A model generated the notes under the pieces. The model worked only from the letters and a program-made list of their open reading frames with translations, did no database searches and had not been told where the DNA came from. 64,000 nucleotides of DNA, from assembly GCA_001938485.1 (NCBI GenBank), contig MQRK01250764.1:33326-97325 (forward strand), read 5' to 3'. Positions within the stretch are counted from its first letter, which is position 1; every line of letters starts with the position of its first letter. The position numbers and the translations under genes are program-made. The DNA comes from Girardia tigrina (Eukaryota). This document shows positions 25,683 to 38,060 of this stretch, in pieces.

Positions 25683-26309
25683 ATTATTTGAATTTTTAAA
25701 AATTAATCAGAAAAGAATTTATTGAAAAAATCTTTTCGCTCGAAAAAAATTCATATTTGAACAAGAAACATAGAAAAAAAGTTTGATCGCTCTCGAAGAT
25801 ATCGATTGGACTTTAAATTTGAATTAGAGGTCGAATTCGATTTGACTGAGAGAAATTTTCCGTATTTTTATATCGATTAATTAATTTTCTACCAATTAAA
25901 ATTTGGGGAATTTTTTCGAAATTTTTTTCGATTTGGTTTATTGAAACAATTAAATCATTTTCACTATTGATCAATCGTAATTAACAAATGAGATGCGTAC
26001 AATATAAATTATCTTGATCGATTTTTAAACAAAAACGGAGATCTTTTATCTGGAAAATTATTTCACAAAATAATTTAATTCAGTTTTGATGTGATTTCAT
26101 ACTATCGAATTGATTGCCTCAAATTGGCGTCAACAACAGATTGATTCAATTTATGCAGTTAAACAAATTTCAATATTTTGAATTAATTATTAATATCACA
26201 ATTTTGCTATGTGCGATAAATCGATTAAATGTCGAAAAAAATTGATTTTATTTTTTCAAATAATTTTTCGTAGACTTTCAACAACAAACCTAATTTTTTA
26301 AACTCACAA

Positions 26310-26455
26310 ATAAGGCATGTAGATGCGTAGCACTTCATTTCAAACGCTTTAAGCCTCTGCATATTCTTCGGATTTATTGTCAAACTCTCGCGTCCATAAA
26401 GTAGTGTTGTCCAGGCAATAGCCTTAGTGATCTTGATTATTCGAACATTTTTTCT
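26310..26455 (-). mobile_element. RTE-clade LINE fragment
   Basis: KAIAWTTLLYGRESLTINPKNMQRLKAFEMKCY matches LLYGCESWT...RLEAFEMKCYR. Confidence 0.8.
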
Positions 26456-26524
26456 AAATCTTTTTAGAATATTTAATTTCTAAAAATATTAATTAAAAAT
26501 AATAATTTTAAATATTTCTAAATA

Positions 26525-26635
26525 AATACCAATTTCCATCTGGGTGGGAGAATCATCATTCTAACTTCAACATGCTCAAATCAACATACAACATCAATAC
26601 ATTCACACATTCAAACCATTTAAAATATTCCTTGC
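26525..26635 (-). repeat. Dispersed bipartite repeat copy
   Basis: TCCATCTGGGTGGGAGAA, CA-rich spacer, AAAATATTCCTTGCA. Confidence 0.75.
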
Positions 26636-27580
26636 AATATTTACACAAAATATATAAAAAATCCATTTAACTAAAACATTGTTTTCGACAAAATATCTCA
26701 TAAACAAAATTTTAGAACTTATATGCAAAGAAATGAATAAATATTTTCTTCCTTCAGTTTCTCTGAACCTCTGTGGAAAAATTTGCAAAAAAATACGTTT
26801 CTGTCGTGAGCCGTTCTCGTCCTCATTAATTCTACCAATTTAAATTGAAACTCGCTTTCTTTTAATCCAAAAAAATAATGCAGTTTAACAATTTCTTCCC
26901 AAAAAAGAATTGATTAACAATTTAGATAGAATCAGTTTTTTATTATATCTGTTGTGTTTCAGGACTCGATTCCTCGGGGACCCCGCTCGGTAATTCTTGC
27001 GGTTCTCTGTTACAAATCTGATAATCATTCCTCAAAGGGAGGATGTTGAGACAATATCGGTAAAACTTTGATCACTGTTTTCCCTTTTACAATTCTTATT
27101 ATTTTCTATTCATTTATTTTTTCATTTAATTTCAATTTTTACAATAAATATTTTAAAATATTACAACAATTATTATTTAAGGTATTCTTAAAGCATATCA
27201 CAAATTTCGTGAACTAAATATGATTTTAAAACCGTTTTTGATCATTATGAATACTTTTTTAGAATATTTATTGGTATTTGTTTATTGGTATAAGTAAATT
27301 GATGGTGTAGCTATGTGATTCCCATTAGCATCAACAATTGCTTCAATTTTTCGGTCTTGGATAGAGGATGTTGGAAAAATGTTTTGCACAAGATTGACAC
27401 ACACAGAAGTATAAATAAAGATATGTTATTTAAATATAAATACATAATATTCGTCTTTCATCCTTTTTCCTCATGTAACCACAATAATTAAAGTGTTTAA
27501 TCCAGCAATTAATATCGTGTAAGTGACTCATTAACTTTGCTGAAAGTGTTTGAGTGAAACATTAATTACATAAGTTATTG

Positions 27581-30500
27581 GACTGCGTGTTGAAAACACA
27601 TTTTACAAGAAAAAACTTAGCCAAAGAACGAGCTGGACTCACCCAGCAACATCTAGGAGATCATTACTTGATCTCTTTCTTATTGAAAGGAATCGAGCTA
27701 ATAGGTACACTGACATCCGAAGCTACCCAGGATTTGACTGTGGCTCCGACCACGATCTGGTAGTTATAACTGCCAGAGTCAGAGAAGAAGGAAAAAGCCC
27801 GAAGAGGCTAAGAAACGACAGAAACACGCGCAAGCACAAAATGCCAGATCGAGAAGCAATCATGAAGAAAAAAGAAACGATAATTGAAACATTTCCACAT
27901 GTTCAATTTTCAGGTACCGATTGGAAGTCCACCAATCAACAGATCTGCGATGTTGTACGAGGAGCAAGCACAAGATCAAAGCGAACTCCTCCGAATCATA
28001 AATGGCTACATGGTCACCTAGATGAGTTAATGATACTTATTGGAGAAAAATGGGCGAGACGCACTGAGTTTGTGAGGAATAAAAACAACGACACTTTTTC
28101 CAGGTGGAAATCCAGCAGAATACTTCTTCAGAGGAATATCAGAAGATGGAAACGTGAAAGAGTCGAGGCTCTAGGCGAAAAAATCGAGATGATACTAAAC
28201 AATAATGGAGAAGGAAAACTGAAGGAGCTCACTACGGAACTGCGTATCCTCTGTAAATCACAATCGAAGGAGAACACCCTGTGTACTCCCTCGAACCCTA
28301 TTGGGAACAAGGAACTAACAAACCACTTCAATAATCTTTTTAAGGCTCCATTAGAGCAGAAGGAACGGACTGATATCGCTGGAGACACTCTAAATCTCGA
28401 TGATTTGGATTCTCCTCCGACGAGAGAAGAAATAACAGAGGCAGTGAAGCAGTTGAAGAGTGGGACAGCCGCGGGATCTGATGGATTGATCCCTGAAATC
28501 TATAAGTGGGGGGTGTGAAAATACTAACCCTATTGGAGGAGTGCTTTAGGAACATGTGGAACGGATTAGAGGCATTCCCATGTAGTTGGAGAGAGGCCAA
28601 AGTGGTGGTTCTTTTCAAAGGGAAAGGCTCTCGAAAAGATCCAAATAACTACCGAGGCATTTTTCTTTTAGATGTAGGAAGAAAGATTCTAGCCAGAATC
28701 ATCGCGAACCGAATCACTCCGATCACCGAAGCGATACTGGACGAGTGGCAGTATGGATTCCGGCCGGGAAGAGGAACTCAGTTGGCTATAAGTATCTTGA
28801 GGAAATTNNNNNNNNNNNCGCGATACAAGAACATTAATATGTATGTTATCTTTATCGACTTAGAGAAGGCATTCGACAGTGTCCCCCGGGAGTCTCTCTG
28901 GAGCTGTTTAAAGAGACTAGGGATAAGGGGGCGAATGTTAAATATCATCAAAGCTTTCCATGAGGGATTCGAAGGCTTTATAGGTGATGAAACTTTCAAA
29001 ATTGATAAAGGAGTGCGTCAAGGTTGTGTTTTAGGGCCGCTCCTGTTCAATATTGTATTCGACACGGTTGTGAAAAGAACAATATTGAACGGTCTCTCTG
29101 GAGGAGTGATGATGAAACATGAAGATGGAAGCTTCCTTGAGATCAACAGACTAGCTTATGCTGACGATCTCTGCCTCATCGACACGGACTGGAACAACTT
29201 GATAAATAATTTGNNNNNNNNNNNNNNNNNNNNNNNNNNNNNNNNNNNNNNNNNNNNNNNNGGTAAAACCAAAGTTTTGAACCTAAACGGAGATACTCGG
29301 ATCCTTACTGCTGGGCACCAGCTTGAGGCCGGTATTGAGTGGGTCTCTAGCTTTTGTTACCTAGGATCCACGATCTCTTCAGCGGGAAATGTGGACTCGG
29401 AAGTGAAAGAAAGAATCAAGAAAGGAACCCAGAAGATCCGGGATCTGAGACCACTGCTGAAGAGCTCCAAGCTGAGTATGAGGAATAAGAAGAAAGTAAT
29501 CAACGCATGCATATTCTCCGTAGTCTACTACGGTTGTGAAAGCTGGAGAACTGCGGACAAGAACATTAAGAAATTGCATGCCCTTCATAACCTATGCACG
29601 CGCATAGTTAGGAAGAAACACAAAATTGAAAAGATCCGTATGGACATCCTGGACATTGGACTCCCACATCCCATGGATATTATCGCGAGTAAACGGCTTA
29701 CTTTCCACAGTAAGACGGAAACTTCAGAAAAGTACGAGATAATCAAACGAATCTGGAAGGGAGAAATACAAATGTGGAAAAAGATCAGTGGGAGAAAGGA
29801 GCAATCAATTTCGGAATGTCTTCGAGTGGACATACAGTGGCTATTTGGGGATGATGCGATGTATGGAGATTTCATTAACCGCATCAATCACAGAGATCCT
29901 ACTGTATCGAGGGAAACATACATAAACTCCTTAATTCGATCAGGAAGACTCAATAGGACAAGAACAACTGTACCGAAGCTGATCAACGAGAGAGACAAAC
30001 GTAACCAATGTCCAGTAGAAAGATGCTACAAGGAGTTTGCCGAAAAGAAGGAGCTGAACAGACACATGAAAAGGGACCACGCAGTGTCCACTTCTGCTAA
30101 TCCTGATCAGCTCAATGAGATAGAACAACAGCAATTGCCATTCCCATATACACTATGCAAAAAGTCGTACAAAACGAAGGGGTGGCTGACCAGGCACCTC
30201 TACCGGGATCATAAATTGGAGGAGACAGAAGAAATTGGAGAACCGACAATGACACCAGCGAAAACCAGTACAATCACAGAAGAAAGAGTCGTAAAAAATC
30301 TCAACATTTCAGGCAACCAGATTCAATCCGTGACGGACCCCCCGACTATCTCGACGGCGGTGGAAGAAGCGATAGGTACTGAAGAAACACATCTGACTTT
30401 TAGGATTGAAGATCTAACTGCAAGGGGGGAGTTCAGATGTCCCTTTTGCGGCTGTACAAAGTCCACGAATAAAGCCAAAGGTATGCAGAACCATGGCTAT

Positions 30501-30667
30501 ACAACCCATGGGTGGTCGTTTCTCACAGGGAAGCCGAAAAGATCTCGGAGACCGAAACTATCCGACCCCGTAGGAGGCCTATCGGGGGGCTGCTAGTGAT
30601 TCTTTAGTTTGGGTGGACCCTCTAAAGAGCCTAGAGGCTCAATACCATTCGAAAGAGATGGGAGGCC
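27581..30667 (+). mobile_element. 5'-truncated RTE-like non-LTR retrotransposon with 14-bp TSD
   Basis: TACATAAGTTATTG at 27567-27580 and 30668-30681; APE C-terminus (SWTHP, DCGSDHDLV) frameshifted at 27600-27780; RT and zinc-finger tail follow. Confidence 0.95.
27841..30596 (+). pseudogene. LINE ORF2: reverse transcriptase + three C2H2-type zinc fingers; frameshift near the G run at ~28510
   Basis: AAGSDGL, NYRGIFLL, QYGFRPGRGT, FIDLEKAFDSV, GVRQGCVLGPLLF, YADD, YLG, YGCESW; then CPVERC..H..H, YTLC..H..H (first Cys lost) and CPFCGC..H..H. Confidence 0.93.
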
Positions 30668-30915
30668 TACATAAGTTATTGTGTAATCATTTTTAGACAT
30701 GTATAGGCTTGACATCTATGATCAAATGATGACGGATGTTATGTCGAAATATTTTTCAATAAAATTTGTTATCATAAAAGGCCGTTTATTAATTTAAAAA
30801 ATAACCTGCCATTATTTTTTTCAATTTATCAGTAAATTTTATAGATTAGAATGATTTTAAGTGATTCATTACAAAATTACAAATTCATTTACACATTGTA
30901 CACATACACATAAAG

Positions 30916-32449
30916 CAGGGGTGAACAACCTTTCTAATCAACTGATCATTCTTAAAGTTTTTGACGGGCGCATATAAAGTAACACTTAATAAAAATTTTC
31001 AAAACTGTATTTAAAATAAACATTACAATTAAAAAGCACAAAAGTTTTAAAATAATTAATGAATTCATAATGCTAAAAAAACAATCAGTTGTCATTTTTG
31101 ATTAACTTCATTGTTGAAAATAATTGTTCTTAATGATGTCAATTTTAATCAGTGACATCATTTGCTTTTAAAAAGCGATAATTTCTCATGGTCTGCATGT
31201 TTGAGAATATATATAAAAAAATTAATTAAGTTAAAAAGTTATGAATTTGTAAATAGAAAAATGCGAATTTAAGAAAGAATTGTAGTTATTAATTGAAAAT
31301 TGTAATTATAATTCATTATTCTGGCTTTGTTTGAATGTATCATTGATAATAGAATTTTCGATAACGAATAAAAATGTATTAGCCATACATTGCTTTTTTT
31401 CATTGGTTTTTCTTATCGTTTTTGAAAGTAAAAAGAATAAATGAAAATTGAATCTCGTCCCTTGAAATCGAATCAGAGAATTTTAGAGAAATCTAAAGTA
31501 AAAAATACGAACATTAAACCGACGAATATTGAAACGATGTTCGACAAGAGATTCGTCAATTATCAGAGTGCGCGAAACACTGCTTCTTATTTGATATCGG
31601 AAAAGTCGGCTCGAACGACAATGGAATCGGAATTAAAGAAAATCCAAGAATTTCTAATATCTCCATCAACTCCCGAATCGAAAACCGAAGATGAAAGACA
31701 AATTACAGAATTCTTACTGCAGCAGATGGGAGTGGTACTGCTGCTACCGGGAGATTTTGCTGAGAACGCAGAAATTTGCGAATGAAATACGGCCCTCTTT
31801 ATGGCAAAAATTGGTGATTGAACAGTAAATTTCGATAACCAGAAAACAAAAACAAGACAGAAGTTGAAGAACTCTGGGCGTGGCTGCCGCGCTCAATCTG
31901 CCGCTCTACGATAACTACATAAGATTTATAAAAGATTACAATATTTAGTAAGAAAAAGACATTTATAAAATCGTTATAATTCTGCATATCAATCACTTCT
32001 ATTTGAAAGTCTACGGAAACTATATCCACATTTATATTAAATGGCACGGAATACATTTTCATGCAAACCGATGTCTTCTCAAATTTTAACATTTAAAAAT
32101 TGAAATTCTTTGAATAAAATGTCTTTATATTGTACATATTTTTCAGAATTAGTAATGTGTTCTTTTTCTAAACGTGGAAAATGAGACACATTATTCCCCA
32201 AAAAAAGGCTGTTTCTAAAATTGTAATTTGCACTTGAATCTCTGAACTTTATCAGACAAATTGTGAATAAACTGTTCTTTTCCTTGTTTGATTTTTTTAA
32301 AAGTTAAACTTTAACCAACTTTCGGTTAAATTATATCAGATAGATAAGAGAAAGTTGATAAAATATATTTATTTTTAGTTCTTGTCGGGTCGCAAAAACA
32401 TTTGTAACGAGCGGCAAACGGCCCACGGGCCACGCGTTGTTCACCTCTG
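30916..32449 (-). mobile_element. Non-autonomous hAT (Charlie/SPIN-like) element with transposase remnant and foreign insert
   Basis: TIRs CAGGGGTGAACAAC / GTTGTTCACCTCTG; 8-bp TSD ACATAAAG / ATATAAAG; remnant SHFPRL...PFNINVDIVSVDFQIEVIDMQ at ~31910-32280. Confidence 0.85.
31441..31785 (+). other. Coding-like insert inside the hAT element, product unknown
   Basis: 114-aa ORF antisense to the transposase remnant and richer in GC than its flanks. Confidence 0.35.
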
Positions 32450-32469
32450 ATATAAAGCATATACATATA

Positions 32470-33300
32470 CTTTGCAAGACAGAAGAAAATTTAAATGTTT
32501 AAGCAGGGAAAAGCGGAAGGAACTAGATCTTTGCTGTATGATAAGTGGGGGCGCAATTTTAGCCCGAAACGCTCAATTGAGGTCATGTAAACGCTGCTGA
32601 TGTGGATGGGAGCATTATCGTGTAAAAATAGAGATCACTAACTCTGCTCTTACGTTTGGCTTTTCTTGCTTGCTGCACGAGGTTTGAGTAGTAAGAAAAA
32701 TGGATCTTCATGCCGGATTCTGCAAAGTCAATCCGAATTATGACATTGGCAGCCAAAAACAACGTCAGCAGGAGAGTCTTTCGGTTGCAAGTTTAAGACT
32801 GACTTTTCGAAGAGCTACTTTCTCATGGTAGTTTCCATTCTTTCAACGCTCTTTTAGATTCGGGAACATAAAGGGACAATGATTTCTCGTCCACAACGAT
32901 CCGTCGTTGTCGTATTTCTACCGTTAAGAAGCGTGGTACAAAACGGGAAAATAGTTTTCGAATACCACTTTCAGTGAGCAGAGTATGCAGACGGCATTTG
33001 CTCACATTTAGAAGGTTGTGAGCTCTCTCGTTTTACACGATTATCTGCAGCTTTTGCATTATTTTTTCATGAATTTTCGAAGGTCTTCCAGATTTTTCTT
33101 CGTCTACCACGGAGGTTCTACCGCTCTAATAGTAATTGAACCAATGGTAAATTGTTGCTATGGATGGTCCCTTTTGTTGGTAAACCTCTTTCAGTTCAGA
33201 AATAACCTCTCTATATTTTTCTTTCCAGAAAGAGAAAGTGAATAACCCAACGGTATTGAATAGTTTTCAGTGGCATTTTTCGAATATTTACAAAAATTGA
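32470..33300 (-). mobile_element. Decayed mariner element
   Basis: RKLFSRFVPRFLT (WVPxxL-like), LHDNAPIH and a degraded YSPDLAP region. Confidence 0.75.
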
Positions 33301-34324
33301 CTTAAACCACAATGGATTAATAAAACAAAATACATTTTCTTAACCAATATATATTGAAGTTTAAATGTCTGTATTAATGATTTTGCTATTACTCATGACT
33401 TAGTTTATAATGTTCAAACATTATTTTAGTTCTATTCTTTATTCTAGTAAAACCTTTTCTTTTTTTATTTGATGATTCTCTCAACTCTTCCGATTTCTAT
33501 TGATTTTAATCAATTTTTGAAAAAAGCTTCGACTAAATAATTTTTTTAAAAATATCAAATTCGTATTCACAAGACTCAGTAATAAATTTAAGCCATTTTA
33601 TCACATATATATTATCAGGTTTGAAATTCAAGTGTCTCTGCTGAAGTACTATACGTGTGTACCTCAAAACTTCAAAAACAATATTTAATAATTAAAGTTA
33701 ATTTAATAATTTATTTTCGAAAAAAAATAAATGGATCAATTGAAAGACATTGTATCATTAAGACTTCTCAGAGATAAATAATTACTGGATTTTTTATTGA
33801 ATCTTTATAAGATGCGACCTCTTATTCATCATATACATGGCCATAAATATATCTTGAATGATTTCGTGCTTTAAAAGAAATATAAAATGATTATGTAGAA
33901 GAAATTCCACAAATTAAACTGAAATTATAAACTATTTCTTGGACTATTTTGCTTGAAAATATCAAAAGCATGTTCTGAAAAGCAAAGGGGGCCAGTCTTC
34001 TATGAAGTCTTGTACTATTCTCTAGTAAAATACTGTAATTAGGCCTGACTGTCTCATCCGTACGTAAGGTGGTCTCTTTGAGTGTCTTGTTTCTCTCAGG
34101 AAACATATAATTTAAGTGTAATTTAAGACGTTTTTGCATTTAATTGAATATCTACTTTTAGAGAGCGTGAATGAGAATAAATAGGTTGTTTCAGTTTAAG
34201 AAATACTTTGTAGAAGAAAGGAGTTTTTATTATCATATGCTATTTAATTCTATATAGAATACAAGTTCAAGGTAATGCGTATCTGTTTAGAGAAATATTT
34301 TAATATGGACGCCAAATATTTAAT

Positions 34325-34500
34325 GCAAATAGTAAATCAAATTCTTTATGCAGACAGAACTCTATTCGACCAAAATATTTTAATTAAAAAAAGTATTTTC
34401 AAAAAAACACACTAAAAATTTTTAAAATTCTGTTGACCATGCAGAGTTCTGCCAGATTAAAGCATGGATATAAAAAATTTTTTGATTTATTATTTAGACT
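34325..34500. repeat. Two inverted 3' ends of the HINE-like repeat
   Basis: TTTATGCAGACAGAACTCTA is the reverse complement of 55561-55580; GCAGAGTTCTGCC...AAAGCATGGATATAAAAAA is a direct-orientation copy. Confidence 0.55.
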
Positions 34501-34959
34501 TTAAATCGGTTTACTGCACTTTAGTTATTTTTCAATTTATTTTTTGCGTAATATAAACTGCTTATAATTTATAAGTTGATATATTTCAATTAATTTTTTC
34601 AGGAACTCTGATGGGACGGTTTTGTTCGAATTTTAAGACCTTAAAAAGTTTTTTGATCATGTGAAGAATATGGGTTGTGTGATTGTATGTTTTTGATTTT
34701 ACGTATGAAAATATTCTTCCAGAGATGTGCGAACTTGAATGTGAAGATATTGTAAATCAAGAACAGTGTAATAGTATGACAACTAAAGATGATAAGAAAC
34801 TAAATGGTAAAGTCATTCTAATGACAACCAAACACACATATGTTTTTTTCTGTTACTACCACATTATGCCTTCTTATTTCCCGATTGACAATAAAATGCG
34901 ATAAAAAAATATAACAACGCACACTCATGGGATCATTTGAGACACAAAAACGACAAAAA

Positions 34960-35640
34960 AACAAAAATAAACATGTACAAGTCTCTTTTCAAAGAAATAA
35001 AAGAGTGCAAACTCAGAGTCAATGTGAGATCAATGTCTGCGACACAGGCCCCCACGCGCTAGTGTAAAACACTTTTGTTTCGATTGTGTTATGTGGGTAT
35101 AGGCGAACACTGATTGTTTCTTTTAAGTCTTCGTTCATCGCGTGCAAGTTTGTTTCTTTTAGGCTTTTTGAGGTATAGAAGGTTAGTCTTTTGCGGTTTA
35201 CTTTGATTTTTGAGTTTGCCATAGTAATTGTAAAGTTTTTCTTTTTTTTCGTTGATTTTGAATGGTCCTTCTATGGTGTTGTTTTTGTGATCTCTGAATA
35301 ATACTTTAAAATTTTTTAAGTTGTCGTCATCAGTGTTTTCGTTTATAATGTTGAAGTTCTCGTATTTTTTGTCATTTTTGCTGTTTTTGTCATTTTTATT
35401 CGTGTCTGGAATGTGATTGTTATTGTTTTGTTGGATTAGTTTAATTCCTCTTAAGTTTACGTATTTGTCTTTCCCGTTGATATTTAGGAGTGCAGTGTTA
35501 TTTGTTATTAATTTGATAGTATATGGTCCTTCGAATTTATTTCGAAGTTCCTTGTGCAAGTATTTTTTACGTAGGTTTTGAAATTTTCGGTAATTTTGAT
35601 ATCTTTGTGATTTGTTAATAGTTCTTCTTTGTCTGTTATT
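34960..35640 (-). mobile_element. Gypsy 3' end: post-integrase GPY/F region, PPT-like tract and LTR start
   Basis: LRNKFEGPYTIK...YVNLRGIK; GCGTGGGGGCC followed by TGTGTCG at ~35046. Confidence 0.65.
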
Positions 35641-36769
35641 TTGAAATGACTTTTATCTGTTAATTTCATAAATATTATTATTTTATTTATTTATAAACCT
35701 ATATTTTATTTATATAAAAATATTAATAATTAACAAAATGTGCAGATTTACACAAAAAAGCACATCGATTTTAGAGGTACAAGGAACCAAATTATCAAAA
35801 AAAGTGCTGATGCACTTGAATAAAAATCCATATACGTTAATTCAGATTCCATATCAAACATTTTCAAAAATGTGCTGAAATATCGATTTTTTCGAATTTT
35901 TCTGAAATTCTCAAAAATCTATTTTTTTGAATATATGAAACTCATATGATATAGTATGTTATTTACCATCAAACAATACCTCATGAATCATCTAATGTAC
36001 CCCATCAACAATCACAAGTACATTGTTTACCGTAACCGTTATAAATGACCTTTTAATATTATATATAAAAACAATCGAAAACACCTTAGAAACCATCACC
36101 GTTACCTTAAAAACCATGAAAAACTCCTTAAATATCATCGAAAATACCTAAAAAACACCAAGATTATACAAAAAAGTGCAAAATCAATGCTGCAATCGTC
36201 TGTACAGTGTTACACTGTGCTACTAAATACTAAACATGTGCTAATCAATACTACACTTATGCAAGTGTGCAAAATCAATAAGTTCACAATTGTGACAAGT
36301 GTAATAGTGCTTAAAGTGCAAACTAGTGTCGAATGCCCATAGGGTATAGGATAGGTAGAGGTCAAAGGTAGTAAGATATCGAAATTCTGTTTTAACACAT
36401 GTATAGAAACTTATAGATCAATGGTAACTATCGTAATTCGACATCGTTCTAAATTGATAACTTTTAGTTAATGTTTTTTAATAAACAATCATTCGAACAA
36501 ATTTTTCATTATTTTCAGATTTTATTTTTACAGTTCAAATTTTGTAATTTTAGTAATAATTTTATTTACATATTAATTTTATTTAAAAAATTATTTTATG
36601 GAAAGAAAGAACATTTATTTTATTTAAAACTTAGTTAAAACTATTTAATTTATTTAAATTTTAATATGAAAAGTTGAAACGATTTATTATTTTTAAAGTT
36701 TTTAAATATCTTATACTGTACGTTAAAATATAAATTATACTCAAATAATTATTTATCGTGAACATCTAA

Positions 36770-36864
36770 AATATCAATTTTCCATCTGGGTGGGAGAAAC
36801 ACATTTCCAAATACTAAACTCAACATAAAAAATTCAACATACCAAATTTAAAATATTCCTCACA
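36770..36864 (-). repeat. Dispersed bipartite repeat copy
   Basis: TCCATCTGGGTGGGAGAAACAC...AAAATATTCCTCACA. Confidence 0.75.
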
Positions 36865-37299
36865 GTAACAATTTTATTTCTTTCTTTCTGAGAAATTTTG
36901 ATGTTTCTTCTCTTACGTATAATCATAGTTTTTCATAAAATACGTTTTGTTTAAAAATTCGAAAACCTATTTGGTAATTTTGATACAATTTATTGTTGAC
37001 TTTTAAAAATTAAAAACCTTATTTAAAATTACGTATTGGAAATTTGGTTTAAAAGTATCATATAATAAGGGTTTTTAAATATTAATTAATATATAAAGTT
37101 AGGGCTTATAAAAAATTTTTAATTCATGTAATTATCGAAATGAATGGGGTTACATGAAAATATAGCTTAGTCGAGATGTTTCTCCATGAAATTAGAGACC
37201 GTTTAAACGTTTAAAAAATTTTAAAAGGTGCCCACGTCTATGCAGAAGAGAGGAAAATAGTATTGTGACTGTGTTTATGACATCGTCTGCAATAAAAAC

Positions 37300-38060
37300 A
37301 TATTCGGAATGAACGGTAAAATTGCGAAGAAAAATTGAAGGCTGCATTTACTGAAGAAATATCTATTCTGGATACAATAAAGGAATTGTTGAACTTAGGG
37401 TGGGGATCCTCAAACCCAGAAGAAACATACAAAAAAGCAGAAGAACTTGTGAATATACTAACAAAAAAGAAATTGTTTATAAAAGAACTACTCAACCTTG
37501 CCTCTGTAAATACGAAATCAAAAAGAATTAAAACTAAAAGTAATAACTGAAACCAAAGATATAAAAAGCGTAGTTACCAATATGTACGCACTATGTAAAA
37601 TGGAAAGTGGGGAAACAGTGAGAGCATTTACGACGGTAAATAAACAAGATAAATGGAACACTGTAACTAGATGTAAAGCTGTATATAAAGAAAGAACCCC
37701 GCACAGACATTTCGAACAAAACAATCGAAAGCAAGGAAATAATGGATTCAAACCGAAAAATAATTATTACACAACTGTAAAATGTTATGCATACCAAGAA
37801 GAAGGCCACATACGAAGAGATTGCCCGAATGGGAAGTGTACTCTTTGCAAAAGAAATGGTCATTATAGAATTCAAAGTTATCTCAAAAGAATAGATTTAA
37901 TGAAAGAGAACAGTACAGTAGAAACTGCGATTGGAAGAATGCAAATAATACAGGATACCGTAATAAACCTCAAAATCGACGATACCCAGTTGCAGAAGCT
38001 GATGAAGACAATGCCGACAGCGAATACAAAAAGACTTGATCAAATCAAGGAAAGTTAACA
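37300..38060 (+). mobile_element. Gypsy gag relic with two degenerate CCHC zinc knuckles
   Basis: CYAYQEEGHIRRDC and CTLCKRNGHYRIQS. Confidence 0.7.

Noticed and set aside
34600-34680. VLFEF*DLKKFFD resembling a CDK segment
   Set aside because: Too short, contains a stop, and has no neighbouring kinase exons.
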